DNA from: an uncultured Acidobacteriota bacterium
Lineage (GTDB): Bacteria > Acidobacteriota > Vicinamibacteria > Vicinamibacterales > UBA8438
Direction of reading: 5' to 3'
DNA length: 64,000 bases
Assembly: GCA_913043225.1 (NCBI GenBank)
Contig: CAJWLU010000015.1
Coordinates: 1 to 64,000, forward strand
Position numbers and translations under genes: made by a program. This document shows, piece by piece, positions 1-9,403 of the stretch (the stretch's first letter is position 1; every line of letters starts with the position of its first letter). The notes beneath the pieces were generated by a model. It did no database searches. It saw nothing but the letters and a program-made list of their open reading frames with translations, and was not told the DNA's origin.

Positions 1-1
1 G

Positions 2-187
2 ATGTACCGCGACGCCACGATCTCCGATTCAACATGGAACGACCTCAGTGAGCACTACGACACACACCAGCTGATGAGCATCGCTATGACCGTTGCGCGA
101 TCTAGAATGGTCTCGATGACGCTCAACGCGTTGGGCGTGCAGACTCTGCCAACAGACGAAGCGTTCCCGGTTCTCGAAGGGTATTAG
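2..187 (+). CDS. C-terminal part of a carboxymuconolactone decarboxylase/AhpD-like protein (runs off the window start)
   Basis: ISDSTWNDLSEHYDTHQLMSIAMTV...MVSMTLNALGV resembles the CMD-family C-terminus. Confidence 0.65.
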   Translation: MYRDATISDSTWNDLSEHYDTHQLMSIAMTVARSRMVSMTLNALGVQTLPTDEAFPVLEGY

Positions 188-247
188 CGCCTCGCGGTCA
201 TCTCGAGGCGGTCTGAGTGAAACAAGAGATGAAAGGACGAACGAGAT

Positions 248-646
248 ATGAGTGATGCGAACGTTCAGGTGGTGAAGGAGATCTACGAGCGATTCCGTGC
301 GGGCGATGGCGAAGGGTTTCTCGCGCTATTGTCCGATGACGTGGTCTGGGATCATCGAGGACCAGACGGGCCAGCGTTCAACAAGCTATATGAGGGAAAA
401 GCTGCGGTTGGAGAGTTTCTGGGTGAACTGGGCGCTGCTGAAGAAGCGCTTGTGCTCGAAGACAGAGAGTATTTCACCAGTGGTGACCGAGTCGTGGTCT
501 TGGGATTCATGCGGTTTCGGGCCTTAGCAACCGGGAAGGAATGGGAATCCGATTGGGCCATGGCGATGACCGTGCGCGATGGTCTGGTCACGCACTGGCG
601 AATCCTATTCGATATGGGACGTGAAGCGGACGCACTTCGCGGTTAG
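248..646 (+). CDS. SnoaL-like/NTF2-family protein
   Basis: N-terminal NVQVVKEIYERFRAGD, DDVVW, GDRVVV, RDGLV; purine-rich leader (AAGGA) upstream. Confidence 0.85.
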   Translation: MSDANVQVVKEIYERFRAGDGEGFLALLSDDVVWDHRGPDGPAFNKLYEGKAAVGEFLGELGAAEEALVLEDREYFTSGDRVVVLGFMRFRALATGKEWESDWAMAMTVRDGLVTHWRILFDMGREADALRG

Positions 647-828
647 TCCACATCCGGTGTCGTTCTTTCGTTCGGCGGAACACAACACCTACCTGCAACG
701 CCACGCCCTTTAGGCGTCGATGCCTTGCGTCCATCAGGAGCGCCCACAGGTTCTCCATAGGGGCTTGGCGTTGCACTGCTGGGATTCCTTTCTTTAGCGG
801 GCAGCGCTGGCGGTTATGATAGGCGGCT

Positions 829-3507
829 GTGTCACTCCGAATATTGGTGACTGGGTACACCTCGTTCGTTCTGGGCCACGCGTTGCTATCGGTTGCGACG
901 GCGCAGATCGTCACGCCGGCAGGGCGAACGGATCCAGCCCACGCTGCGCTCGACGTTAGGCCATTCGACAACCTTGGTGGGGATGTCCTCGACGACTGGA
1001 TCGGGCAGGGCATCGCAGAGACCATTGCCATAGATCTCAGCCACGCTACGCCTCCTGGCGTGCGGTGGCGGGTTACTGGCTCGTTTCAGCGGTCTGGGGA
1101 GGTTCTCAGCATTACCGCGCGGCTGGAACTGAGCGCCGACGGGGCCCCGCGTGTCGTCGAGGTCAACGGTGCTTTCAAGGACCTCTTCCCGCTGCAGGAC
1201 GAACTGGTCGCGCGTCTCGCGGAACTCCTGCGGGAGACGCCCGCGAGCCGTCCACCCTCTCCAGCGGGAGACGCCGGTCGCATGGCCGGGTTTGAGGGCA
1301 TTCTCGGTCCACCTCCTCCGGCGCCTCCCGCCGTGGTGGCCAGGGACGCCCAGGGGCGGGTGACGATGCGCGCCATCCGCCTCGACGAGCCGCTGCGACT
1401 CGACGGCCAGTTAGATGAGCGTCTCTACCGTGAGGTCGAGCCGGTGACTGAAATGATCCAGCAGGAGCCGGACGAGGGTGCTCCCGCGACCGATCAGACC
1501 GAGATCTGGGTGGCGTTCGACGCCGATACCCTGTATGTGTCGACACGCTGCTGGAGCGAGGAGCCCGGGCGCATCATCGCCGATGTGATGAATCGCGATG
1601 GCATGAACATGTGGGGCAACGAGACCATTACGGTGGTCCTCGATACGTTCTACGACCGGCGGAACGCGTTCGCTTTCGCCACCAACGCGGTCGGGGGACT
1701 GGTCGACTCCCTGATCACTGACGAGCGAAGCCAAAACGTCGACTGGAACACCGTGTGGGATGTCCGTGTCGGGCGCTTCGACCAGGGGTGGACCATGGAG
1801 ATGGCCATTCCGTTCAAGTCACTGCGTTACCGGGCCGGACAGATGCAGCCCTGGGGTCTTAACGTTCAGCGTCGTGTTGTGTCGAAGAACGAAGTTTCGT
1901 TCATTACCCCGATGCCGGCGTCGTTGGCCTGGGAAGGGCTCTACAAGATGTCGTCGGCGGCGACGCTCGCCGGGCTCGAGGTGCCGGACTCCGGGGCGCG
2001 CGTCGAGCTCAAGCCGTATGCGATCTCCGACCTCAGCTCAGATCTGAACGCGACCCCGATGGTTCGGAACGCTCTGGGCGGAGACGCAGGCTTCGACGCC
2101 AAGTTCGGGGTTACCGCCGGGCTCACGGCTGACGTCACCTACAACACTGATTTCGCGCAGGTTGAGGTGGATGAGCAGCAGGTGAACCTGACCCGGTTCA
2201 GCCTCTTTTTTCCCGAGAAGCGGGAGTTTTTCCTCGAAGGTAAGGGCATCTTCGATTTCGCCGGCGGGCAGCAGGGCGGTGACGCCGCCACGTTCTACTT
2301 TAGTGGCAGTGAGTTTGGAGGGACCACCGCCCCCATCATGTTCTTTAGCCGGCGCATCGGGCTGCAGAACGGCCGTACCGTCCCTATTCAGGCCGGCGGA
2401 CGCCTGACGGGGAAGGTGGGGCCCTACAGCCTCGGGTTGCTGAACGTGCAGACGGGCGACGAGGCAATCTCGGGCGCTCGGCCGACGAACTTCTCCGTGG
2501 TCCGGGCCAAGCGCGATGTGCTCCGCCGGAGCGCAGTCGGGGCACTGTTCACGGGTCGTTCGGTGTCGCTTGAGGGCAACGGGGCGAATCAGACCTTCGG
2601 TGTCGACGGGGTCTTCTCGTTCTACGACAACGTTCGCATCACTTCCTACCTAGCTCGCACCCAGACATTGGGCGTGAGCGGCGACGACACGAGTTATCAG
2701 GCGCAGTTCGAGTACGGGGGCGATCGCTGGGGGCTTACCCTGGATCGACTGGCAGTCGGCGCCAACTTCAACCCCGAGCTCGGCTTCGTGCCTCGTCGCG
2801 ACTTCCGACGCAATTTCGCCCAGTTTCGGTTCAGCCCGCGGCCGCGCTCGCTGCCGTCGATCCGGAAGTTCCTGTTCCAGGCAAGTCTCGACTATACGAC
2901 CGATGGTGCCAATCAACCGGAGACCCGCCTCCAGCAGGGGATCTTCGGAATCGAGTTCGAGAACGGCGACTATTTGTTCGCCGGCACCACCAGCAACTAC
3001 GAACGGCTCGCCCGTCCCTTCGACATCACATCGGACATCGGCATTCCGGTGGGCGGTTACAACTTCGTCAACACACGGGTGGTCTACGCGTTTGGACAGC
3101 AGCGGATGCTGTCTGGCGGCCTCAGCGTCGACCACGGTGGCTTCTTCGACGGTGATCGCGTCGGGGTGGGTTACACGTTCGGACGGCTTACGGTGTCACC
3201 GCGTCTGAGCGTCGAGCCCTCGGTGTCGTTGAATCGAATCACGTTGCCTCAGGGCGAGTTCGAGACCAGGCTCGTCTCGGCTCGTACGACTTATTCGATG
3301 ACGCCGCGGATGTTCGTCGCCGCGCTGGTGCAGTACAACTCCACCCTCGATTCGCTGGGGACGAACCTCCGGTTCCGCTGGGAATACCAGCCGGGGAGTG
3401 AACTGTTCGTGGTCTACACCGACGAGCGGAACACGCTCGATTTCCGCTCGCCAGTACTCGAGAATCGCGCCCTGGTGATCAAGTTAACTAGGCTCTTCCG
3501 CTTTTAG
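829..3507 (+). CDS. Exported DUF5916 / CBM9-like outer-membrane protein with an N-terminal TolB-like domain
   Basis: Signal peptide; LDGQLDE, EMAIPFKSLRY, NTDFAQVEVD, FPEKREFFLEG motifs; C-terminal beta-signal ending RLFRF. Confidence 0.85.
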   Translation: MSLRILVTGYTSFVLGHALLSVATAQIVTPAGRTDPAHAALDVRPFDNLGGDVLDDWIGQGIAETIAIDLSHATPPGVRWRVTGSFQRSGEVLSITARLELSADGAPRVVEVNGAFKDLFPLQDELVARLAELLRETPASRPPSPAGDAGRMAGFEGILGPPPPAPPAVVARDAQGRVTMRAIRLDEPLRLDGQLDERLYREVEPVTEMIQQEPDEGAPATDQTEIWVAFDADTLYVSTRCWSEEPGRIIADVMNRDGMNMWGNETITVVLDTFYDRRNAFAFATNAVGGLVDSLITDERSQNVDWNTVWDVRVGRFDQGWTMEMAIPFKSLRYRAGQMQPWGLNVQRRVVSKNEVSFITPMPASLAWEGLYKMSSAATLAGLEVPDSGARVELKPYAISDLSSDLNATPMVRNALGGDAGFDAKFGVTAGLTADVTYNTDFAQVEVDEQQVNLTRFSLFFPEKREFFLEGKGIFDFAGGQQGGDAATFYFSGSEFGGTTAPIMFFSRRIGLQNGRTVPIQAGGRLTGKVGPYSLGLLNVQTGDEAISGARPTNFSVVRAKRDVLRRSAVGALFTGRSVSLEGNGANQTFGVDGVFSFYDNVRITSYLARTQTLGVSGDDTSYQAQFEYGGDRWGLTLDRLAVGANFNPELGFVPRRDFRRNFAQFRFSPRPRSLPSIRKFLFQASLDYTTDGANQPETRLQQGIFGIEFENGDYLFAGTTSNYERLARPFDITSDIGIPVGGYNFVNTRVVYAFGQQRMLSGGLSVDHGGFFDGDRVGVGYTFGRLTVSPRLSVEPSVSLNRITLPQGEFETRLVSARTTYSMTPRMFVAALVQYNSTLDSLGTNLRFRWEYQPGSELFVVYTDERNTLDFRSPVLENRALVIKLTRLFRF

Positions 3508-3698
3508 GTCCGTGCCGGCCCTGTGTCCCGGGCTGCGGAGCTTCTGAGTTCAGCCGGCGGAGGCTTTGTAGCAGGAATTGGGCGGAAGCCCGGTGGGAGC
3601 TGGGCTGCCCCTGGCTCGTAGCCAGCCTATCGGCGTAACTTCCGTGCTACGGTAAGCGGCATCAAGAGTTCTGCGACCAGGTCGCAAGGGGAGAAGTC

Positions 3699-4868
3699 AT
3701 GTCATCGAAGCGAACTTTGCAGTTGTTGTCGTTCGGTTGTGCTGGAAGCCTCCTGGCCGGCTGCGGTGCGCCGTCCGAGTCGCCTGCCGCCATGGAAGAG
3801 CCGGCCTCGGCCTCGATGCCGGCCGGTAATCCCATCAGCGGTGAGGGGATGCCAAATCCAAATCCGGTCGTCACCCAGAACTGGGGCGATTTGCCCGAGG
3901 GGCGGGAGTGGGGCTCGACGGCCGGGGTCGACATCGACCCGAATGACGGGCATCTCTGGGCGTACGAACGATGCGGCGCCGGTACCTTTGGCGCGGGAGC
4001 GCCGGTCAACTGTGACAACAACCCGGTCGGCCCGATCTTCAAGTTCGATCGGAACACGGGTGAGGTGCTCGCCAACTTTGGGGGCGGCGTCATGGTCACC
4101 CCGCATGGGATCCATGCCGCGGAAGACGGCACCGTCTGGGTGACCGATTTCGCCGGGAACGCGGATGGTACCAAGGGACACCAGGTGCACCAGTTCAGCC
4201 CCGAGGGCGAACTGCTCATGAGTCTGGGAACTGCGGGCCAGCCTGGCAGCGGACCCAACCAACTCAACCAGCCCAACGACGTCATCGTCGGCCCCGACGG
4301 CAGCATTTACGTCTCGGACGGTCACCAGGGTCAGAACATGACCAGCAACCAGGCGATCGAGCAAGGGCTCGAGGCGGGCGCGACCGGTCGCATCCTTAAG
4401 TTCGCGCCCGATGGCACCTTCATCAAGGAATGGGGCCAGATCGGTGTCCGCCATGGCGAATTCCGCACGCCGCACGCGATGGAGTTCGACGCTGAGGGGC
4501 GCTTGTGGGTAGCCGACCGCGGCAACCACCGGATCGAGATCTTTGACCAGGAAGGCAACTACCTTGAGTCACGTTACGCCTATGGCCGGATCAGCGGTCT
4601 GTTCATCCAGGATGGGATGGTCTACGCGATTGACTCCGAGTCGAGCCCGATCAATCACCCGAACTGGCGGAATGGCGTCCGGATCGGACCGGTGGACGGC
4701 GACCACATCACCGCCATGATCCCGCCTTTCGAGCGGGAGAATCGGGTCTACCAGGGCACCGCGGGTGAGGGGGTTGCCGTGGATGCCGACGGAAACGTGT
4801 TTGCGGCCGAGGGGCCGAACTCGCTGGCGCAGGCCGGCGGCGCGTTCACGAAGTACTCGGTGCAGTAG
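3699..4868 (+). CDS. NHL-repeat lipoprotein, peptidyl-alpha-hydroxyglycine alpha-amidating lyase (PAL)-like
   Basis: Lipobox LLAGC; NHL repeats (PHGI, QPNDV, FRTPH, VADRGNHRI); SD GGGGAG. Confidence 0.8.
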   Translation: MSSKRTLQLLSFGCAGSLLAGCGAPSESPAAMEEPASASMPAGNPISGEGMPNPNPVVTQNWGDLPEGREWGSTAGVDIDPNDGHLWAYERCGAGTFGAGAPVNCDNNPVGPIFKFDRNTGEVLANFGGGVMVTPHGIHAAEDGTVWVTDFAGNADGTKGHQVHQFSPEGELLMSLGTAGQPGSGPNQLNQPNDVIVGPDGSIYVSDGHQGQNMTSNQAIEQGLEAGATGRILKFAPDGTFIKEWGQIGVRHGEFRTPHAMEFDAEGRLWVADRGNHRIEIFDQEGNYLESRYAYGRISGLFIQDGMVYAIDSESSPINHPNWRNGVRIGPVDGDHITAMIPPFERENRVYQGTAGEGVAVDADGNVFAAEGPNSLAQAGGAFTKYSVQ

Positions 4869-4889
4869 GCACGAATGGGTTGGGGGCCG

Positions 4890-5948
4890 CTACGGTTGGC
4901 CCTCGACCGCTTTCTCCAGTTCCCGTAGCCGTTTCAGCATCGACGGCAGCTTCCGGATCATCACCTGTTCGCGCTTCCACTGGGTAATGGGCCTGGCGGG
5001 ATATCCCGTATAGTCACCTTTCTCGTACTTCTGCGCGTGACCGGCCGCGGCGCGTCCGGTAAAGCGGGCGCCGTCGGCAATTTCCAGATGGTCAGCGAAG
5101 CTCGACGCGCCCGCAAGCACCGCGCCTTTGCCGATCTTGGTGCTGCCGCCGATGGCCACGTCTCCGCACACGATCGTGTCCTGGCCGATGCTGACGTTGT
5201 GGCCAATCTGGGCGAGGTTGTCGATCTTCACACCGCGCGAGATCGGGGTGGTGCCAAACGCGGCCCGGTCGATGCAGGTGTTGGCGCCGACGTCGACCTT
5301 GTCGTCGAGTGTGACCACGCCCACCTGGGGAATCGGTTGGTGTCCCTCTGGGGTGGGGTAGTAGCCGAACCCGTCCGATCCGATCACGGCCCCGTTCTGC
5401 ACCACCGAGTCACGGCCTACGACGCATCGTTCGCGTATCGTCGCGCCCGAGTGCAGGATCGAGCCCGAGCCGATCGCGGCGTGTGGGTAGATCACCACCC
5501 CCGGGTACAGCACCGCCTCGTCGGCGATGATGGCATGCGCGCCCACCGAGCAGAAGGCGCCGATATGGACGTCTCGGCCGACCTCGGCCGACGGGTGGAT
5601 GTCGGCCTTATCGCTGATCACCCGCTCTATCTCGATCTCCGCGTAGAAGAGCGGCACCAATGAGATCATCGCTGGTAGCGGTGCCTGGACGCGAATAAGC
5701 GGCGGGCCCGGGTCGGGGAACTCGTCGATCGTGTTGCTGACGACCAGCGCGCGAGCCTGGAGGCTGCCCAGCACCTCCGCCAGTGCGGCGGACGTGGTGG
5801 CGCTCGAGAAGGCGATGGCGTCTGGCGCCTGCTCGTCGAGCGAGCAGACGCCATGGATACTGACGTCGGCGTCGCCGACCAGGGTGCCATCTAGGTGTTC
5901 GGCCAGCGCGCCCAGAGGGAGCACCGTATCGCGAGGTACGAATATCAC
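4890..5948 (-). CDS. lpxD: UDP-3-O-acyl-glucosamine N-acyltransferase
   Basis: Hexapeptide repeats, IGSDGFGY, GANTCIDR, KIDNLAQIGHNV, C-terminal helical tail. Confidence 0.93.
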   Translation of the reverse strand: MIFVPRDTVLPLGALAEHLDGTLVGDADVSIHGVCSLDEQAPDAIAFSSATTSAALAEVLGSLQARALVVSNTIDEFPDPGPPLIRVQAPLPAMISLVPLFYAEIEIERVISDKADIHPSAEVGRDVHIGAFCSVGAHAIIADEAVLYPGVVIYPHAAIGSGSILHSGATIRERCVVGRDSVVQNGAVIGSDGFGYYPTPEGHQPIPQVGVVTLDDKVDVGANTCIDRAAFGTTPISRGVKIDNLAQIGHNVSIGQDTIVCGDVAIGGSTKIGKGAVLAGASSFADHLEIADGARFTGRAAAGHAQKYEKGDYTGYPARPITQWKREQVMIRKLPSMLKRLRELEKAVEGQP

Positions 5949-6145
5949 CCTTAGATTGTAGTGGCTCCCTCAGGCTCCCGGGCGCCTCACCTACCGCTAA
6001 GTCGCCACTCGCAGTAGTCGTCGAAGCGGTCCAGCCGCACCTCATCGCCCTCGATACTTCGGCGGCCCTGTAGCTGCTGAGCGTCGTACTGTTCACCGGT
6101 TTGTCCTCACCCCGGTTGACTGATGCGGTCATCATACGTGAGCCG

Positions 6146-7189
6146 ATGGCGCCTCCATCTGACCTCGTCGGACGGTACCAGCAGCATCTGGCCGAGACCC
6201 GGGCGCGTCTTGACCGCGTGCTCGGAGCGATGCTGCCGTCGCCAGACGTTGACCTGCGGCCCAGTCCGATCGACAGTGGTTTCCGGAGCCATGCGCGCTT
6301 CTCGGTCGAGCTTCTCGAGGGGCGCTGTGCGGTGCTCGGGACCGACCCGCTGAACGGCTCGGCGGACTGGCGGTCCACGGTCTGGATCCTGCCGAGCATC
6401 GGGCGTCGGCTGGTGGAGAGGGTCGTTGCGCATGTCGAGGAGACCTCCAGCCGGTTTCCCGTGCGCGGGTTCGATCTGTGCCTGGGGCAGGGCACTGAGC
6501 AGGCTCACCTCGTCGTGGCCGTCGATCGTGCCGAACCGGTGTCGTTCCTCCCCTGGGCGCAGGCGATGTTGGAGCGGGACCAGCGACTTACCGGGGTGTC
6601 GGTGCCGTCGCGGTTACTTACGGTAGGCGAGCCGTTCGTCCAGCATCGGGTGTGTGCGGTCGAACTACGGTCGCATCCGCTGGCGTTCTTCCAGACCAAC
6701 CACCGGCTGGCCGACCAGCTGTTCGCCGCTGTACGTGATGCCGCCGGTCGGGAGCCGGCGGACGACCTGCTGGACCTGTATTGCGGGGCTGGTGTTCATG
6801 GCCTGTTGGCTGGAGCTGGCCCGGTGCTTACCGGGATCGATTCGGACCCCCGCGTGGTCGATGTAGCACGGTTCAATGCTCGGCGACTTGGCCGCGCCGC
6901 TCGCTACATTCGTGCCGAAGCCGCGTCGTACCTCGCTCGACCCTGGCCGCGATCGCCTGCGCTTGTCATTGCGAATCCCCCGCGCGCCGGGTGTGGCGAG
7001 GCGGTGAACGCGGCGCTCGGAACGCTGCGACCTCCCCGCGTGTGCCTCGTGTGTTGCTCCGCGGAGTCTCATGCGAGAGACCTAGACCAGCTCGGCGCGG
7101 CGGGCTACGCGGTCGAGCGGTGCACCGCGTTCGACATGTTCCCGTTCAGCCTGCACGTTGAGTGTGTTACCGAGCTCCGGCTCCGTTGA
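6146..7189 (+). CDS. TrmA/RlmC/RlmD-family RNA m5U methyltransferase (no TRAM domain); start uncertain (6101 or 6146)
   Basis: FFQTN, DLYCGAG, NPPRAG, catalytic Cys region VCCS, DMFP..HVE. Confidence 0.85.
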   Translation: MAPPSDLVGRYQQHLAETRARLDRVLGAMLPSPDVDLRPSPIDSGFRSHARFSVELLEGRCAVLGTDPLNGSADWRSTVWILPSIGRRLVERVVAHVEETSSRFPVRGFDLCLGQGTEQAHLVVAVDRAEPVSFLPWAQAMLERDQRLTGVSVPSRLLTVGEPFVQHRVCAVELRSHPLAFFQTNHRLADQLFAAVRDAAGREPADDLLDLYCGAGVHGLLAGAGPVLTGIDSDPRVVDVARFNARRLGRAARYIRAEAASYLARPWPRSPALVIANPPRAGCGEAVNAALGTLRPPRVCLVCCSAESHARDLDQLGAAGYAVERCTAFDMFPFSLHVECVTELRLR

Positions 7190-7287
7190 GTTCTCCAGTG
7201 GCGCGGTTGCAATCGAAGTCCGTTCGGCTACACTTGCCCGACCGGGGTCGGGACGACGACACACGGGTACGTTCCAGGAGAGTGGAT

Positions 7288-8712
7288 ATGACGCGACGGG
7301 GATTGGATCGACCTCTCGGCGCCCAGGGCGCGAGCCGGCGGCAGCTCTTTAAGCTTTTGGCCGCCAGTCCATTCTTGGGCCTGGCGGCGGCCGGGCTGCC
7401 GGCGAGCTGGCAGCGGGCGCTGGCCAATGAGGCCGAGCGTCGCGCCGTGGCACCGGCCGCGACCTGTGCCAAGTGCGGGGTTGAGATGCCGCTCGCTACC
7501 TCTCGGCAGGAGTATCCCGGGTTGGGCCAGGCGCCAGAAGCGCAGCCGCCGGACGCGATCGACGGACAGTTCAACGGACAGCTGATCGAGTCGGTCGATG
7601 ACGCGATCAACGTGTGGGACTTCGAGCGGGTCTGCCACGCGAACAATCTGCCCCAGCATTGGGACTATCTGCACCTTGGGGTTGACGACTTCGAGACCCG
7701 GTGGGCCAATCGCGAAGGGTTCACGCGCCGGATCATCCGGCCGCGCCGTCTAGGGCCCTCGGCCAACAATCCGGATCTTTCGACCGAGCTCTACGGCCAG
7801 CAGTTCGAGTCGCCGCTGTTTCTCTGTCCGGTCGCAGCCAACGAGGGATATCACACCGAGGGCGAGGCGGGCGCGGCCCGCGCCGCCGGCACGCACGGCA
7901 TCCTCCAGATGCAGTCCCACTCGAGCTCCCAGTCTTACGACGAGATTATGGAGGCTCGTGGCGAGCCGCACTGGTTCCAGCTCTATACGGTGCCAGATTT
8001 CAATGTTAACCAGCGGGTTATCGACCGGGTCGAGTCGGCCGGCTGCCCGGTATTGGTCTGGACCGTCGACCTGATCGGCGGGAGCAACCGCGAACTCGTT
8101 CGCCGGACACTCCAGGGTGACGGGTACGAGGGAGCGCTCTGTCAGAATTGTCACAATCATCAGCCTGGTTACCAGCGGCCGATGCGTGCGGGGCTTGAGG
8201 GACCAGCCGGCGAGCGCTATCCCTACGACTGGGACTATGTGAAGCGGCTTCGAGACATCACCCAGATGAAGCTCGTGCTGAAGGGGATCGTGACGGCCGA
8301 GGAAGCCGAGCTGGCCGTGGACGCCGGCGCCGATGGCATCTTCGTGTCGAATCACGGCGGTCGCGCGGAATCGAGCGGTTGGGCTTCGATCGACTCGCTA
8401 CCCGAGGTGGTGCAGGCGGTCCGGGGGCGGGTGCCCGTGTTCATCGATAGCGGCGTGCGTCGAGGCACCGACATCTTTAAGGCGCTGGCGCTTGGCGCCG
8501 ATGCGGTCGGTATCGGCCGGCCGTACGTGTGGGGACTGGGTGGCTTTGGCGAGGACGGTGTGTCCAAGGTCATTGATCTGCTGCACGACGAGCTTCGGAT
8601 CGCGATGCGTCAGACCCGCACCGCCGCCATTGACCAGATCACCTCGCGCATGGTGATGGAGGGCAAGAATCCCATCATGATGCGCGAAAGCCGGATGGGC
8701 TTTGGACTCTGA
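7288..8712 (+). CDS. Tat-exported FMN-dependent alpha-hydroxy acid oxidase/dehydrogenase
   Basis: SD AGGAG; Tat motif SRRQLFK; WFQLY, LVLKGI, SNHGGR, DSGVRRGTDIFKALALGA. Confidence 0.9.
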   Translation: MTRRGLDRPLGAQGASRRQLFKLLAASPFLGLAAAGLPASWQRALANEAERRAVAPAATCAKCGVEMPLATSRQEYPGLGQAPEAQPPDAIDGQFNGQLIESVDDAINVWDFERVCHANNLPQHWDYLHLGVDDFETRWANREGFTRRIIRPRRLGPSANNPDLSTELYGQQFESPLFLCPVAANEGYHTEGEAGAARAAGTHGILQMQSHSSSQSYDEIMEARGEPHWFQLYTVPDFNVNQRVIDRVESAGCPVLVWTVDLIGGSNRELVRRTLQGDGYEGALCQNCHNHQPGYQRPMRAGLEGPAGERYPYDWDYVKRLRDITQMKLVLKGIVTAEEAELAVDAGADGIFVSNHGGRAESSGWASIDSLPEVVQAVRGRVPVFIDSGVRRGTDIFKALALGADAVGIGRPYVWGLGGFGEDGVSKVIDLLHDELRIAMRQTRTAAIDQITSRMVMEGKNPIMMRESRMGFGL

Positions 8713-8719
8713 GGAAGTT

Positions 8720-9268
8720 ATGGGAATCGTGACACGTGGGTTAGCGCTCTTCTGTGCCGTCCTCGGTGTGGCGGCGGTCACTTCGGCCCAGACGGTTGAT
8801 TTTGCTGTGTCTGGCAATTCGACGATCCGCGGATGGACCTGCGAGGTTAGCGGCACCGCGGAGGTCACCGCGGGCGGGGGTGCCGCCGCTGCCGGGTTCT
8901 CGTCAGGCGTGCAGGGTGTCACCCTCACGGTGCCCGTCGCCGAGTTCACCTGTCCCAACGAGGAGATGACCGAGCACCTCATGGAGGCCATGCGGCCCGA
9001 CGAGTTCGGCGAGATCACCTTCCAGATGGATGGCTACGAGGTCACGTCAAATGGGGCGACGGCCACCGGGTCGCTCACCATCCTAGAGACGACCGAGACC
9101 GTTGCGGTGCCGATGACGCTGACCGAGTCTGGAACTGGCGCGGCCATTGAGGGTGAAGTTCGCCTCGACATGACCGACTATGGGGTCGAGCCGCCTACCG
9201 TCATGCTAGGCATGCTCAGGGTGAGGCCTCAGATCACTATCGAATTCGGTGGTATCGTCGCTCCATAG
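8720..9268 (+). CDS. YceI-family lipid/polyisoprenoid-binding protein
   Basis: Signal peptide; ITF..., ATGSLTI, LDMTDYGVEPP. Confidence 0.8.
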   Translation: MGIVTRGLALFCAVLGVAAVTSAQTVDFAVSGNSTIRGWTCEVSGTAEVTAGGGAAAAGFSSGVQGVTLTVPVAEFTCPNEEMTEHLMEAMRPDEFGEITFQMDGYEVTSNGATATGSLTILETTETVAVPMTLTESGTGAAIEGEVRLDMTDYGVEPPTVMLGMLRVRPQITIEFGGIVAP

Positions 9269-9403
9269 TTAATAGGGCGACTAAAGTCCCTGATCAACAG
9301 TTTTTAGTTCGGATCCAGCGCTTCCTAGATCTGACCGCTTGGTCGATGTCGGTTGTTGTGCGACTTCCGGTGGCGGTCCTCGTGTGAAGAGACGGAGACG
9401 GTG

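Noticed and set aside
5988..6109. Short minus-strand frame after a TGA (GQTGEQYDAQ...DDYCEWRLSGR), considered as a second Sec readthrough
   Set aside because: The upstream part is antisense to the methyltransferase; no redox motif or SECIS; no start codon.
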